Shown in pieces: positions 53,346-61,661 of a stretch of DNA of 64,000 bases; position 1 is the first letter of the stretch; each line of letters starts with the position of its first letter. A program made the translations under genes and the position numbers. The notes beneath the pieces were generated by a model. It saw only the letters and a list, made by a program, of their open reading frames with translations, had not been told where the DNA came from and made no database searches. The DNA is from a virus: positions 113,687-177,686 of IMG/VR virus record IMGVR_UViG_3300050343_000215, one strand, 5' to 3'.

Positions 53346-53808
53346 TAGTTTTTTGTGTGTTTTTTACAGTAGTGTAGTCATTGCCGAGGATTTCTTGCAT
53401 CATAGCATCATTCCAATGCTCATAGTATCCAGATTTTGCCAAGATTTCACGGTGTTGACGCAATTTTGCCTTAGTTTGAGACATGATAAGGTTATATTTG
53501 CCATTATTTGTCTGAACACCATTAATGAAGGTGTTATAGTTAGCACAATCTTCTAAAAATACCCATTCTGGGTAAATTGTGTTATAAATTTCACACCACA
53601 TTTGAATAGCATTAACGTCCAAATAGTCTTCAACGACAAAAATGACGATATCACACCCATCAGTAGGTATAATATCGTCAATCGGCACTTCTATGATCTT
53701 ATATGTAGCAGAGTGAGAGTAAGGGCAGACTGCAAAATTACCTAGTTCAGGGCGAACTTCAGAAATTTTAGCAATCCATTCCTTAATGTGCTCTTCACTC
53801 TTCTTCAT
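53326..53808 (-). CDS. Hypothetical protein (160 aa)
   Basis: ORF track; W....RPELGNFAVCPY motif. Confidence 0.8.
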   Translation of the reverse strand: MKKSEEHIKEWIAKISEVRPELGNFAVCPYSHSATYKIIEVPIDDIIPTDGCDIVIFVVEDYLDVNAIQMWCEIYNTIYPEWVFLEDCANYNTFINGVQTNNGKYNLIMSQTKAKLRQHREILAKSGYYEHWNDAMMQEILGNDYTTVKNTQKTNGKLTD

Positions 53809-53911
53809 TTGATTCAGTTGATTCAGTTTCTTTGTCTGGATGATCTTGATCTGCAGGTCTACGTCCTACAACATAACCATAAGACTTTGGTGCTGGTGTT
53901 TCTTCGCTCAT
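53795..53911 (-). CDS. Small acidic hypothetical peptide (38 aa)
   Basis: Hand translation MSEETPAPKSYGYVVGRRPADQDHPDKETESTESNEEE*; ATGA overlap with the upstream gene. Confidence 0.5.
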   Translation of the reverse strand: MSEETPAPKSYGYVVGRRPADQDHPDKETESTESNEEE

Positions 53912-54051
53912 TTTCCTTGTCCTCGGTAGCGTTTCTTAGCTCCATTACGAGAGCTTGCACTATATTTAGTATGCTTACCATACCCCTGACGAGATTTCTT
54001 GGGTTGTGACTCAATATTTTCGTTACCGTTAAGAGATTTGGTGCGTGCCAT
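53908..54051 (-). CDS. Small basic peptide ending KKRYRGQGK (47 aa)
   Basis: Hand translation MARTKSLNGNENIESQPKKSRQGYGKHTKYSASSRNGAKKRYRGQGK*; the RGQG C-terminus is recalled as recurrent in T4-like marine phages. Confidence 0.7.
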   Translation of the reverse strand: MARTKSLNGNENIESQPKKSRQGYGKHTKYSASSRNGAKKRYRGQGK

Positions 54052-54073
54052 GAATGTTTTAAATGTACTTTGA

Positions 54074-54103
54074 TATTATAACACAGAAATTATGCTTGGG
54101 CAA
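54074..54103 (-). promoter_or_regulatory. Host-type sigma70 promoter with extended -10
   Basis: TTGCCC-N18-TATAAT with TG-T before the -10 box, 23 nt upstream of the ATG at 54051. Confidence 0.5.
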
Positions 54104-57100
54104 CACTGATGATTTGGATTTGTGGTGAACCTGCTTCATTTCCATAGGAGGTGTTACTAACTGTTACCTCAGCAGGACTATTTGCATTTTGGGCGGGAGT
54201 CGGTAAACCACCGATGTAAGATGCCCCACCGCCACCACCACCGCCAAAGTAACCTCCAGCATTAAACTCTAAATCCCAGCCGCCACCACCGCCGCCACCG
54301 CCGTAGTAACCAAACCCACCAGCACCACCATCACCATCAGTTCCACTACCACCTCCTCCAGATGAGAAGAATGCACCGTCGCCTCCTTTACTACCAGAAT
54401 ATCCATCACTAGATCCGGGTTGTCCTCCATTACCACCTTGACCACTTTTATAACCGTTCACAATTCCTCCAGTACCACCATAAGAATTATTTAAATTTGA
54501 TCCAACAGAACCACTGGGTAATCCAGCATTTCCTCCTGCTGCAGGGTTTGGTCTTGATGGATGACCGTTACCCGTTCTATCTGGACCTGGATTACTTTCG
54601 TATCCACCCTCCGCTGCAAGCATAATGCATTTATTTCCTGTGGCAGATGTTCCATAGAATACTGCTGCATACCTATTAGTATAATGAAGTAGATATGATT
54701 GTCCTGCTTCCGCAGTAAATGTTCCTTCAACATAACCACCAGTACCTCCATTGCCAGATGGAGTATTACCACGAAGTTTTACAGTAACATTGTAATCAAT
54801 TGCTGATGGAGTTAAAAATACAGATTCAGTCAATGTTTTTGTGGACGAAAGATTAGAGATATTTTCAACTGTTGCGCTGTCAACACCAGTAATAGATAAT
54901 GCTCCAGGAATAACCATTGAAATAACTACAAGACCATCTTGATTACTACCACCACGACCACTAACATATCCAGCAACTGTTGTCCCAGGAGGAGAGGAAC
55001 CACCAGCAGATCCTACATTGCCATTTTGCTTATCGGATGATGGAAGAGTGACAGATCCTGATCCACCACCGCCTCCACCACCAGTGCAGTTAGAGGTGTC
55101 ATATCCACCGCCTCCTCCGCCACCATATAGTCCACCGCCGCCACCGCCGCCACGGTTACCCTGATTCCTTCCTGAACCACCAGGAGCGCCGCCACCACTT
55201 TGACCATTAGATCCACCTCCACCGTCTCTATCATTAGATGATCCGCCCGATCCACCAGAGTTGCCACCACCGGCAAAACCATTGTTAGGACCGCTACCAA
55301 CACCACCACTACCAGAACCCGCTACACCACCATATCCACCTTGTCCATTCTGACCAGCACCACCGCCTCCACCTACGATTACGTGATCCTGCTGATAATA
55401 AATATCAGATCCTTGACCACCACGACCAGCACCATATCCTGCTTGACCATTAGGTGAACCCTGACCAGAAGCACCCACAAATACACGTATACTATTGGTA
55501 TCATATTCACCAGGAGCATAACTTCCTGTGAGCAGCACTGTGCCCCTAGCATGTGCGCCTGTACCCCCACTAAAACTTCCTGTGGGGCATTCACCAGTGC
55601 CTTCACCCCCAGCACCCCATATAGCATAAGTAAACTCAGTTGCACTATCAGGAACTGGAATAGTAGTTGAACCAGTTTGTGTAATAGTATATGTCTGTGA
55701 ACCAGAAGATGTGAACAATGTCACAACTTCTTCTGTAGTTTTACTAGCACAGAAATTATTTTCAAGTTTACAACGATACCTATCGTTATTATTAGAATTT
55801 GTTAGTGTTGGTGTGGTGTAACTTGCACTTGTAGCACCACGAATATCAGAGAATGCATTTTGTCCAGATCCTCGCTTTTGCCACTGATATGAAACTGTCT
55901 GTCCAGAAATACCACTAACTGTTGCTACAACATTAAAAGTTGCTGTTCCTGATTGCAAAACAACAGAACTTGGTTGAGTAGTTATATCAATAAATGATGC
56001 TTCAATTACAATCCTAGAATTCTGCTGTGCATTACCAGCACTACCACGATTAGGATGACTAGATCCACCAAACACTCCAGTAGTTCCAGTTGCAGTAGAA
56101 TGAATAAAACCAGCTCCTCCTGCACCACCACCACCAGATTGTGGTCCTCTACCAGGATTACTGCTTCCATTATACCCATCATATCCACCAGCACCGCCAC
56201 CGCCACCATAGTATCCTCCTCCACCACCACCGCCTCCGGCAGCAGCGTATGATCCAGAATTATTTCCTCCTCTTCCACCTGATAGAGTAGAACCATTCTT
56301 ACCATTAGTACTACCCCCAGATGATGTGCTACCACCTGTTCCTCCTAATGATTGAGTAGCACCATATCCCCCTTTAGCAGAAATTACTGATGATGTACTA
56401 CTAAATCCATCAGACCCTGTTGTACCACCGCCTGCACCACCAGTAACTTTTGCAGTTCCAGTATGAGGATAAGATCCTTGCACAGTATAATACTGTGTAC
56501 ATGGATATGAAATTGTTCGTGTATCTTGATGAGTAATAGTCCAATAAACAGTAGAAACAAAACTTCTATAATTTCCAGCATCATTTCTACGGAATGCCAG
56601 AACCATCCATGCCGAAGTTCTAGTTATTTGTGAATAATCAGGACTAAACCCAGGACAGAGACCACCACCGGCAGTACAACCATTTGTACTTATCTGCAAA
56701 ATATAGTTGCTGCTAGGCATAGGACTATCAAATCCAATAATATAATATCTTGAAGGTGGAGCGACAGTGTATATGACACTGGTATTGCCGTACCACGCTA
56801 AATATGCATCTCTTCGGTTCGCATTATCATATGAGTGAGCCCAACTACCACTTTTAGTAACACTATTGTCAATTGTTTGATAACAGGTACTTTGATATGA
56901 TTGTTGATAAGAGTAAGCATATTGGATTGGTTGCTGACTACCTCCACAAGTAGATGACGTGTTAAGACTAGAACCACCAGCACCGCCTGCAATGGCAAGA
57001 GCATTAGCATGTGATACCGAAGTATCAAAGATACCTGCATACCCTCCTCCTGCCTCTGCATAGCGTCCAGAGTCTGATGATCCTGCTGCACCACCCCCTG

Positions 57101-58187
57101 CATTCATTTTAAGTGCTAGAACATCGGCACCAGAAATAGGAATGTCTGCATCAGTGTATCCACCCTTAGTATCACATCTACCCTGACCCCAAAGGTGAGT
57201 ACTAATCTTACTACGATCATTTTCTAATGATGTAATGCTATAATCAGTAGCAGTAGATGGATCAAATACTAAAGAACCATCTTTTTCAAAACTCCAGAAC
57301 TCAACACCATTGAGTGCTGGTTGGATTCTAAAGTCAGCACCACTGACTGCCATGGTAACTGCACTGCTAGTGGTATCAGGTGCATTAGAATTACTAAAAA
57401 TAACTCTATATTGATCACCATTATTGTCAGTACTTTGATTTGATGTCGTATATGACACCGTAGACCCACTAGATTGTCCTGTGCCATTAGCACCGACAAT
57501 ATCTGTGAATAAAGTTGTTCCTGATAACTTAACCTGCCATTGAAAATCAAAGGTGCCACTAGTAATTGTGGCAACTGCTTCAAAAGTTTTTGGAGATCCC
57601 TGTGGGATAACAATTCCCAAAATTGGTTGTGTAGTGACCTCTATCTTTCTAGTCACAGTTAATGTCGCACTGTTTGAATCCTTTGGAGATGTAACTGCAT
57701 CTACATGAAAAACTTGACAACGATATTCATCATTATTGTCTGCTGCTACTGTTACTCCAGATCCAACTGTAAATGTAGGGTTTGTTTCACCAGCAATATC
57801 AGTAAATGACCCACCAGATACTTTTTTCTGCCACTGAAATGTTAGTAAATCTACATTAAGTCTATTTACATTAACCTCAGTAGATAATAAAAATGTTTTT
57901 GCTTCATCTTCAACTACATCAATTGATGAAGGAGATACAAGAATTGAATTGATTGACTTTACTAGATTCTCAATAGACCCAGGTGCTCCACCTTCTCCCG
58001 CCCCTGCCCCTGAGGGAGGATTGTTTGGATTAGCAAAAGCACTACCAGAGGCAACTTGTCCTACAGCAATATCTTGAGCACTCACATTATAGTAATCAAC
58101 AGGATGAGTCTTCCCCAAGGCGACACGGCGATCCTTGGGGATTAATCTATTTTGATTACTATATGGTTCGTGATGGTGCTTTCTCAT
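54090..58187 (-). CDS. Ig-like / glycine-rich multidomain putative adhesin (1365 aa)
   Basis: Three Ig-like modules (LTFQWQK...YRC, FDFQWQ...YRV, VSYQWQK...YRC) and three GGGGG-rich domains; coupled downstream of PAAR. Confidence 0.8.
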   Translation of the reverse strand: MRKHHHEPYSNQNRLIPKDRRVALGKTHPVDYYNVSAQDIAVGQVASGSAFANPNNPPSGAGAGEGGAPGSIENLVKSINSILVSPSSIDVVEDEAKTFLLSTEVNVNRLNVDLLTFQWQKKVSGGSFTDIAGETNPTFTVGSGVTVAADNNDEYRCQVFHVDAVTSPKDSNSATLTVTRKIEVTTQPILGIVIPQGSPKTFEAVATITSGTFDFQWQVKLSGTTLFTDIVGANGTGQSSGSTVSYTTSNQSTDNNGDQYRVIFSNSNAPDTTSSAVTMAVSGADFRIQPALNGVEFWSFEKDGSLVFDPSTATDYSITSLENDRSKISTHLWGQGRCDTKGGYTDADIPISGADVLALKMNAGGGAAGSSDSGRYAEAGGGYAGIFDTSVSHANALAIAGGAGGSSLNTSSTCGGSQQPIQYAYSYQQSYQSTCYQTIDNSVTKSGSWAHSYDNANRRDAYLAWYGNTSVIYTVAPPSRYYIIGFDSPMPSSNYILQISTNGCTAGGGLCPGFSPDYSQITRTSAWMVLAFRRNDAGNYRSFVSTVYWTITHQDTRTISYPCTQYYTVQGSYPHTGTAKVTGGAGGGTTGSDGFSSTSSVISAKGGYGATQSLGGTGGSTSSGGSTNGKNGSTLSGGRGGNNSGSYAAAGGGGGGGGYYGGGGGAGGYDGYNGSSNPGRGPQSGGGGAGGAGFIHSTATGTTGVFGGSSHPNRGSAGNAQQNSRIVIEASFIDITTQPSSVVLQSGTATFNVVATVSGISGQTVSYQWQKRGSGQNAFSDIRGATSASYTTPTLTNSNNNDRYRCKLENNFCASKTTEEVVTLFTSSGSQTYTITQTGSTTIPVPDSATEFTYAIWGAGGEGTGECPTGSFSGGTGAHARGTVLLTGSYAPGEYDTNSIRVFVGASGQGSPNGQAGYGAGRGGQGSDIYYQQDHVIVGGGGGAGQNGQGGYGGVAGSGSGGVGSGPNNGFAGGGNSGGSGGSSNDRDGGGGSNGQSGGGAPGGSGRNQGNRGGGGGGGLYGGGGGGGYDTSNCTGGGGGGGSGSVTLPSSDKQNGNVGSAGGSSPPGTTVAGYVSGRGGSNQDGLVVISMVIPGALSITGVDSATVENISNLSSTKTLTESVFLTPSAIDYNVTVKLRGNTPSGNGGTGGYVEGTFTAEAGQSYLLHYTNRYAAVFYGTSATGNKCIMLAAEGGYESNPGPDRTGNGHPSRPNPAAGGNAGLPSGSVGSNLNNSYGGTGGIVNGYKSGQGGNGGQPGSSDGYSGSKGGDGAFFSSGGGGSGTDGDGGAGGFGYYGGGGGGGGWDLEFNAGGYFGGGGGGGASYIGGLPTPAQNANSPAEVTVSNTSYGNEAGSPQIQIISVAQA

Positions 58188-58489
58188 ATCATAAACACAT
58201 TAGGCGATCCTACAATAATTGGAAATGTGCCGGTGATACCTAATGCTAGATCACCCAGACGTTCAGCACCTAGTACATTAGTAAATATTTTTGGCGATGA
58301 TGTAATCACAGGTGCAACATGAGTCGTACAACACTTGGGGCAAGGAACAATCTCTAAGTATGGTGCTGTGACATCAGAGATCCTACTTGCTGACCTGCCA
58401 TTTATAAAGACATTAAAAGCCCCGGTTGCTTGCACAGGAGTGTTGCAACGATTTAAGTATACGTGACCAATTGTACTTGCGGCTCTCAT
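58184..58489 (-). CDS. gp5.4: PAAR-like spike tip protein
   Basis: IGH, NVFINGRSASRISD, IFTNVLGAERLGD and GSPNVF repeats; about 100 aa. Confidence 0.88.
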   Translation of the reverse strand: MRAASTIGHVYLNRCNTPVQATGAFNVFINGRSASRISDVTAPYLEIVPCPKCCTTHVAPVITSSPKIFTNVLGAERLGDLALGITGTFPIIVGSPNVFMI

Positions 58490-59499
58490 TATTGTATCTT
58501 TGAAGGAGTAGTAATTTGCATATTAGCAGAAGTTTCTACGAACGTTTGATTATAACGTTTTCGTTGTTCTTCTGGTGTTCTCTGCCTATCGTTTAACAAA
58601 TCATTCAAAATTTTATTATAATCGTTATTACTATTATTTACTACATGAGTAATAACATGTGTATCAGTTCCAGTTGCTCCAGAACTGTTATATCCCATGT
58701 CTGATAAGACTGAATTTTGCTGTGATGAACTAATGGAAGCTTGATATGCACCATAGTGTACAGCAAGTGCCCAATCTACTTTAATTTTAAATGTAAGGGT
58801 GGTGAACTCTCGTTGGTCGGGAATAAATTTATATAAATTATCAAACTTCTCAGGAAGTTCATATAGACTCTTGACTTCATATGTACCGCCTTCATAATCA
58901 TTGGTATAACCAAACTCGTTACGGCAAAATACTGAAGCATTATATCCACCCTTAACTGAAAGAGTGTTCCAATTATTTACTGTAAACGAATGACTATCTT
59001 CCTGCAAATCTCCCCCACCATCTGAACTGGTGTTAAATGTAAACAGGAACGTACCAGCAGGAGCAGCATTTTCAATAAACTCTACACCACCACCTTGACC
59101 ATCAGGTTTCGCTAATACATCACGGGTAAACCAATCACCAATCTCACTTTGGCAAATTGCATTGCCCTCTGGTCCTTGGTCGTCTACCCAATACATTCTT
59201 GTCGGGATTCGTGCGACATGAATACCATTATAGTAATTACCACCATTAGGAGCACCAGTGCTAGATCCATTTCTAACACCTGTGGTTCTGAAATTACTAC
59301 TTCTACTATAATCGCCTGCACCCTCATCTTGAGTCGTAGGACTACGAGCTGCTACACTAGTTGCCTTCAGTTCAAAGTTAAAACTATTGTAAAGGTTAAC
59401 ATCAGGAAGAATCGGAATCTCTGCACCAGAATCATCATCGTAGGTGTCCTGTGATCCAGGAAATCCATTAAAAGCACTATAAACTACGGTGTTACTCAT
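58489..59499 (-). CDS. Hypothetical, probably virion-associated protein (336 aa)
   Basis: ORF track; stop/start coupled to PAAR. Confidence 0.75.
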   Translation of the reverse strand: MSNTVVYSAFNGFPGSQDTYDDDSGAEIPILPDVNLYNSFNFELKATSVAARSPTTQDEGAGDYSRSSNFRTTGVRNGSSTGAPNGGNYYNGIHVARIPTRMYWVDDQGPEGNAICQSEIGDWFTRDVLAKPDGQGGGVEFIENAAPAGTFLFTFNTSSDGGGDLQEDSHSFTVNNWNTLSVKGGYNASVFCRNEFGYTNDYEGGTYEVKSLYELPEKFDNLYKFIPDQREFTTLTFKIKVDWALAVHYGAYQASISSSQQNSVLSDMGYNSSGATGTDTHVITHVVNNSNNDYNKILNDLLNDRQRTPEEQRKRYNQTFVETSANMQITTPSKIQ

Positions 59500-59680
59500 T
59501 TCTCTCTAGTTCTGATACTTTGTTATGCAAATAGTCCAGGGTGTCAGTCAGTCTCTCATATTCTGCCGCTCCAGGTCGCTTATAAGCTATCTCTGGATTG
59601 ACGAGTCTTGCTACTACAATCTCCAGATTATTTATGCGCTCTAGTACTTCCTCAAAGTCAAAGTACTCTTCATTCGCCAT
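59492..59680 (-). CDS. Hypothetical protein (62 aa)
   Basis: ORF track; overlaps both neighbours. Confidence 0.7.
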   Translation of the reverse strand: MANEEYFDFEEVLERINNLEIVVARLVNPEIAYKRPGAAEYERLTDTLDYLHNKVSELERNE

Positions 59681-59867
59681 GTACTTCTCCTCTACCTAGT
59701 GCCTCAGAGATAAACGCTGTGGCTTCTTTTTTAGTCCGCCAGGCTCGCGCTTTGGCGATCTCAGTTGTCCATGTCTGTATATTAGAACCCTCTGTCCAGT
59801 AAATATAAGGTTCACTCACATACCGTGAAGAGTTTGTCTCACGTACATACCATTTCTTAGTTGACAT
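59670..59867 (-). CDS. Hypothetical protein (65 aa)
   Basis: ORF track; coupled to glutaredoxin. Confidence 0.65.
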   Translation of the reverse strand: MSTKKWYVRETNSSRYVSEPYIYWTEGSNIQTWTTEIAKARAWRTKKEATAFISEALGRGEVHGE

Positions 59868-60103
59868 TAGATTTTTCCCTCATTTCTTAGTTGTGTAATA
59901 GTCTCGCTACATCCTCCGATAAGCTTACCGTCCTTTAGAACTCTGGGAAATGTACTCCCATATCCAAACTTACCTGTAAATTGTTCTCGGGTAAAATCGC
60001 GATTTAACGTTACTTCCATATAAGATTCGCCAATCCCTGCGAGAACTTTTTTAACGTTATCGCAATACGGGCAATTACTTCGTGTGTATACTGTATAAGG
60101 CAT
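59867..60103 (-). CDS. nrdC: Glutaredoxin
   Basis: YTRSNCPYC active site, TFPRV and IGGC.E motifs. Confidence 0.92.
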   Translation of the reverse strand: MPYTVYTRSNCPYCDNVKKVLAGIGESYMEVTLNRDFTREQFTGKFGYGSTFPRVLKDGKLIGGCSETITQLRNEGKI

Positions 60104-60116
60104 TTTGATAAATGAA

Positions 60117-60296
60117 CTAATCTAATTCTACACCAAGGTCGTACTCTTCGTCAAGCTTTCTCTGTACATGAAATAATACTTCCTCGTACTCACTTGCCTC
60201 ATATTCATCAGCGTTTTCAATCGCGATCTCTAGGGCGTTCAACATGACATCCATCTCATGCTCTGATAAATTTAGATGAATATTTGCTACACTCAT
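60117..60296 (-). CDS. Acidic hypothetical protein (59 aa)
   Basis: Hand translation MSVANIHLNLSEHEMDVMLNALEIAIENADEYEASEYEEVLFHVQRKLDEEYDLGVELD*. Confidence 0.6.
   Translation of the reverse strand: MSVANIHLNLSEHEMDVMLNALEIAIENADEYEASEYEEVLFHVQRKLDEEYDLGVELD
60125..60154 (-). promoter_or_regulatory. Sigma70-like promoter for the glutaredoxin operon
   Basis: TTGACG-N18-TAGAAT, 22 nt upstream of the glutaredoxin ATG. Confidence 0.55.
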
Positions 60297-60437
60297 AATG
60301 TTTATATGAAACTGACTTATATAGCAATCGGAGGTTTTACGAGAATTTTATGGGGTAAAAATTTTTTATATGGATGGAGATTCTTTCGGGCGTTTGGGAA
60401 CCTTTGTAGGTTAGGGTAGTATGGGTTTTTTGGATTA

Positions 60438-60453
60438 ACCCCCCGAAGGGGGT
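60438..60453 (-). terminator. C(UUCG)G hairpin at the end of the early cluster
   Basis: Minus strand ACCCCC-UUCG-GGGGGU just after the stop at 60465; no U-tract follows, so it may be a stabiliser or processing hairpin rather than a terminator. Confidence 0.5.
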
Positions 60454-60464
60454 GTCATACTGTG

Positions 60465-60650
60465 CTAGACTGCAGCGAGTTTGCGTCTGATCTGTCGCTC
60501 TACCTGTCGGATGGCGTTGATGTCTGATGGTGTGCTGCTAGTGGTGATCATCACCCGCTCGGCATTCCTCCAGACTAGGTGCTTGCTTTCACGCTCTAGG
60601 GAGAACCCATAAGATTTCATGAGAACGGTGAGAGATTTTCTGTGCTTCAT
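60465..60650 (-). CDS. HicA-like small protein (61 aa)
   Basis: Likely start MKHRK at 60650 with GAGGA upstream; L..LMKSYGF...RESKHLVWR......ITTSSTPSD....RQVERQI matches a HicA-type layout. Confidence 0.55.
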   Translation of the reverse strand: MKHRKSLTVLMKSYGFSLERESKHLVWRNAERVMITTSSTPSDINAIRQVERQIRRKLAAV

Positions 60651-60654
60651 GTCC

Positions 60655-60828
60655 TCAGTCCTCAAAGGTAGGGATGGCGGCGACTGCCTCATCATGCCAG
60701 AGTTCTGCCATCTGTCCAGCGATAGCGAAGGCAGACGACCCGATGGGATGCCCTCCCTCTGCTGTGCCGTTGTTCAGTGTCCAGACGATGCGATAAGTCT
60801 GGATGTCGGTGCTCATGCTGTAGGTCAT
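60655..60828 (-). CDS. Early hypothetical protein (57 aa)
   Basis: Hand translation MTYSMSTDIQTYRIVWTLNNGTAEGGHPIGSSAFAIAGQMAELWHDEAVAAIPTFED*. Confidence 0.55.
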   Translation of the reverse strand: MTYSMSTDIQTYRIVWTLNNGTAEGGHPIGSSAFAIAGQMAELWHDEAVAAIPTFED

Positions 60829-60867
60829 AGAAGGATAGCGAAGGGGTCAGGGTGTGGGCGTGTGCCC

Positions 60868-61089
60868 TTAGAGTTCTGCGAGCATGGCATCCATCTCGTC
60901 GGTGTCTACATCGTCAGACAACCAGGAGATGCCGTCGCCTGTGATGTACTCACCGAACTCGTCAATGAAACGCTTTGCCCACTTGCGGTAACCGAGGTTC
61001 TGGTTTTCTTTGGCGTGGCGATAGATCATCTCATCGTTGCCGATCCAAAGAGCGACGTTCCATGTTGCGTGGTTTGCCCATCCGTTCAT
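60868..61089 (-). CDS. Early hypothetical protein (73 aa, NGW.N..TWNVALWI.ND motif)
   Basis: ORF track; motif recalled as widespread in phages; CAGGA RBS. Confidence 0.8.
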   Translation of the reverse strand: MNGWANHATWNVALWIGNDEMIYRHAKENQNLGYRKWAKRFIDEFGEYITGDGISWLSDDVDTDEMDAMLAEL

Positions 61090-61119
61090 GCTGTGTCCTG
61101 TGTTGTTTGGTATGTAAGA

Positions 61120-61178
61120 ATTCTAGTCGGTCAGCGGTCAATGTCTGTCGCTGATGTGCCAGGTCGTCCACTGTCCAC
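61120..61178 (-). promoter_or_regulatory. Early promoter, bipartite motif copy 1
   Basis: GTGGACAG-N7-CCTGGCACA-N29-TAGAAT. Confidence 0.75.
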
Positions 61179-61311
61179 CTGGCTCAAGTCCTGCTCTGAT
61201 ACGCTGGCGACGTTCGGTCTCTGCTAGGTGCTGGCGTTGAATGTTCTCCATGACCTTAGTCATCAGAGGGGAGGGGTTGTCGCTATGAATGAAAAATCCT
61301 GTACGTTGCAT
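61138..61311 (-). CDS. Early hypothetical protein (57 aa)
   Basis: Hand translation MQRTGFFIHSDNPSPLMTKVMENIQRQHLAETERRQRIRAGLEPGGQWTTWHISDRH*. Confidence 0.6.
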   Translation of the reverse strand: MQRTGFFIHSDNPSPLMTKVMENIQRQHLAETERRQRIRAGLEPGGQWTTWHISDRH

Positions 61312-61313
61312 GA

Positions 61314-61577
61314 TCAGTTAAAGCGAATGGAGTGAATGCGACCGCTCTTGATAACGTAGTCTTTCCACTGTGCATGGCGGTTGACCCATCGTCCGAGGGA
61401 ACGATCAGAATCCAGGATCAGGGCGAGGATCTTACGGCGTGATACCTTGGTGCAGCGATACTCACAGCTCTCATAATTATCGCGAGATTTCCAGGTGACG
61501 CGAGCGGTTCCCGTGATAGGATTGACCTTGAGCGTGTCAACTGAACTGGATTGATCGGTGTTGATCTTGAATCGCAT
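61314..61577 (-). CDS. KTSC-like early protein (87 aa)
   Basis: SSSV....NP....ARVTWK....Y....VSRRKI..L....RSLGRWVN pattern. Confidence 0.45.
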   Translation of the reverse strand: MRFKINTDQSSSVDTLKVNPITGTARVTWKSRDNYESCEYRCTKVSRRKILALILDSDRSLGRWVNRHAQWKDYVIKSGRIHSIRFN

Positions 61578-61602
61578 GGTGTCGGTTCGTTTGTTCTTTT
61601 AA

Positions 61603-61661
61603 ATTCTAGTCGGTCACCCTAGGGATCTAGGGGTTCTGGGGACAGTTCCCTGCCTGTCACA
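61603..61661 (-). promoter_or_regulatory. Early promoter, bipartite motif copy 2
   Basis: TGTGACAG-N7-ACTGTCCCC-N29-TAGAAT; shares TGACCGACTAGAATT with copy 1. Confidence 0.75.

Noticed and set aside
60826-60877. Possible seventh early-promoter motif (GGCACA half-site at 60861-60866)
   Set aside because: The upstream half-site is missing and there is no -10 box at 28-29 bp
60619-61227. 202-aa plus-strand ORF over the early cluster (also 61951-62346)
   Set aside because: Antisense to several motif-bearing minus-strand genes; long open frames are expected in this GC-richer block
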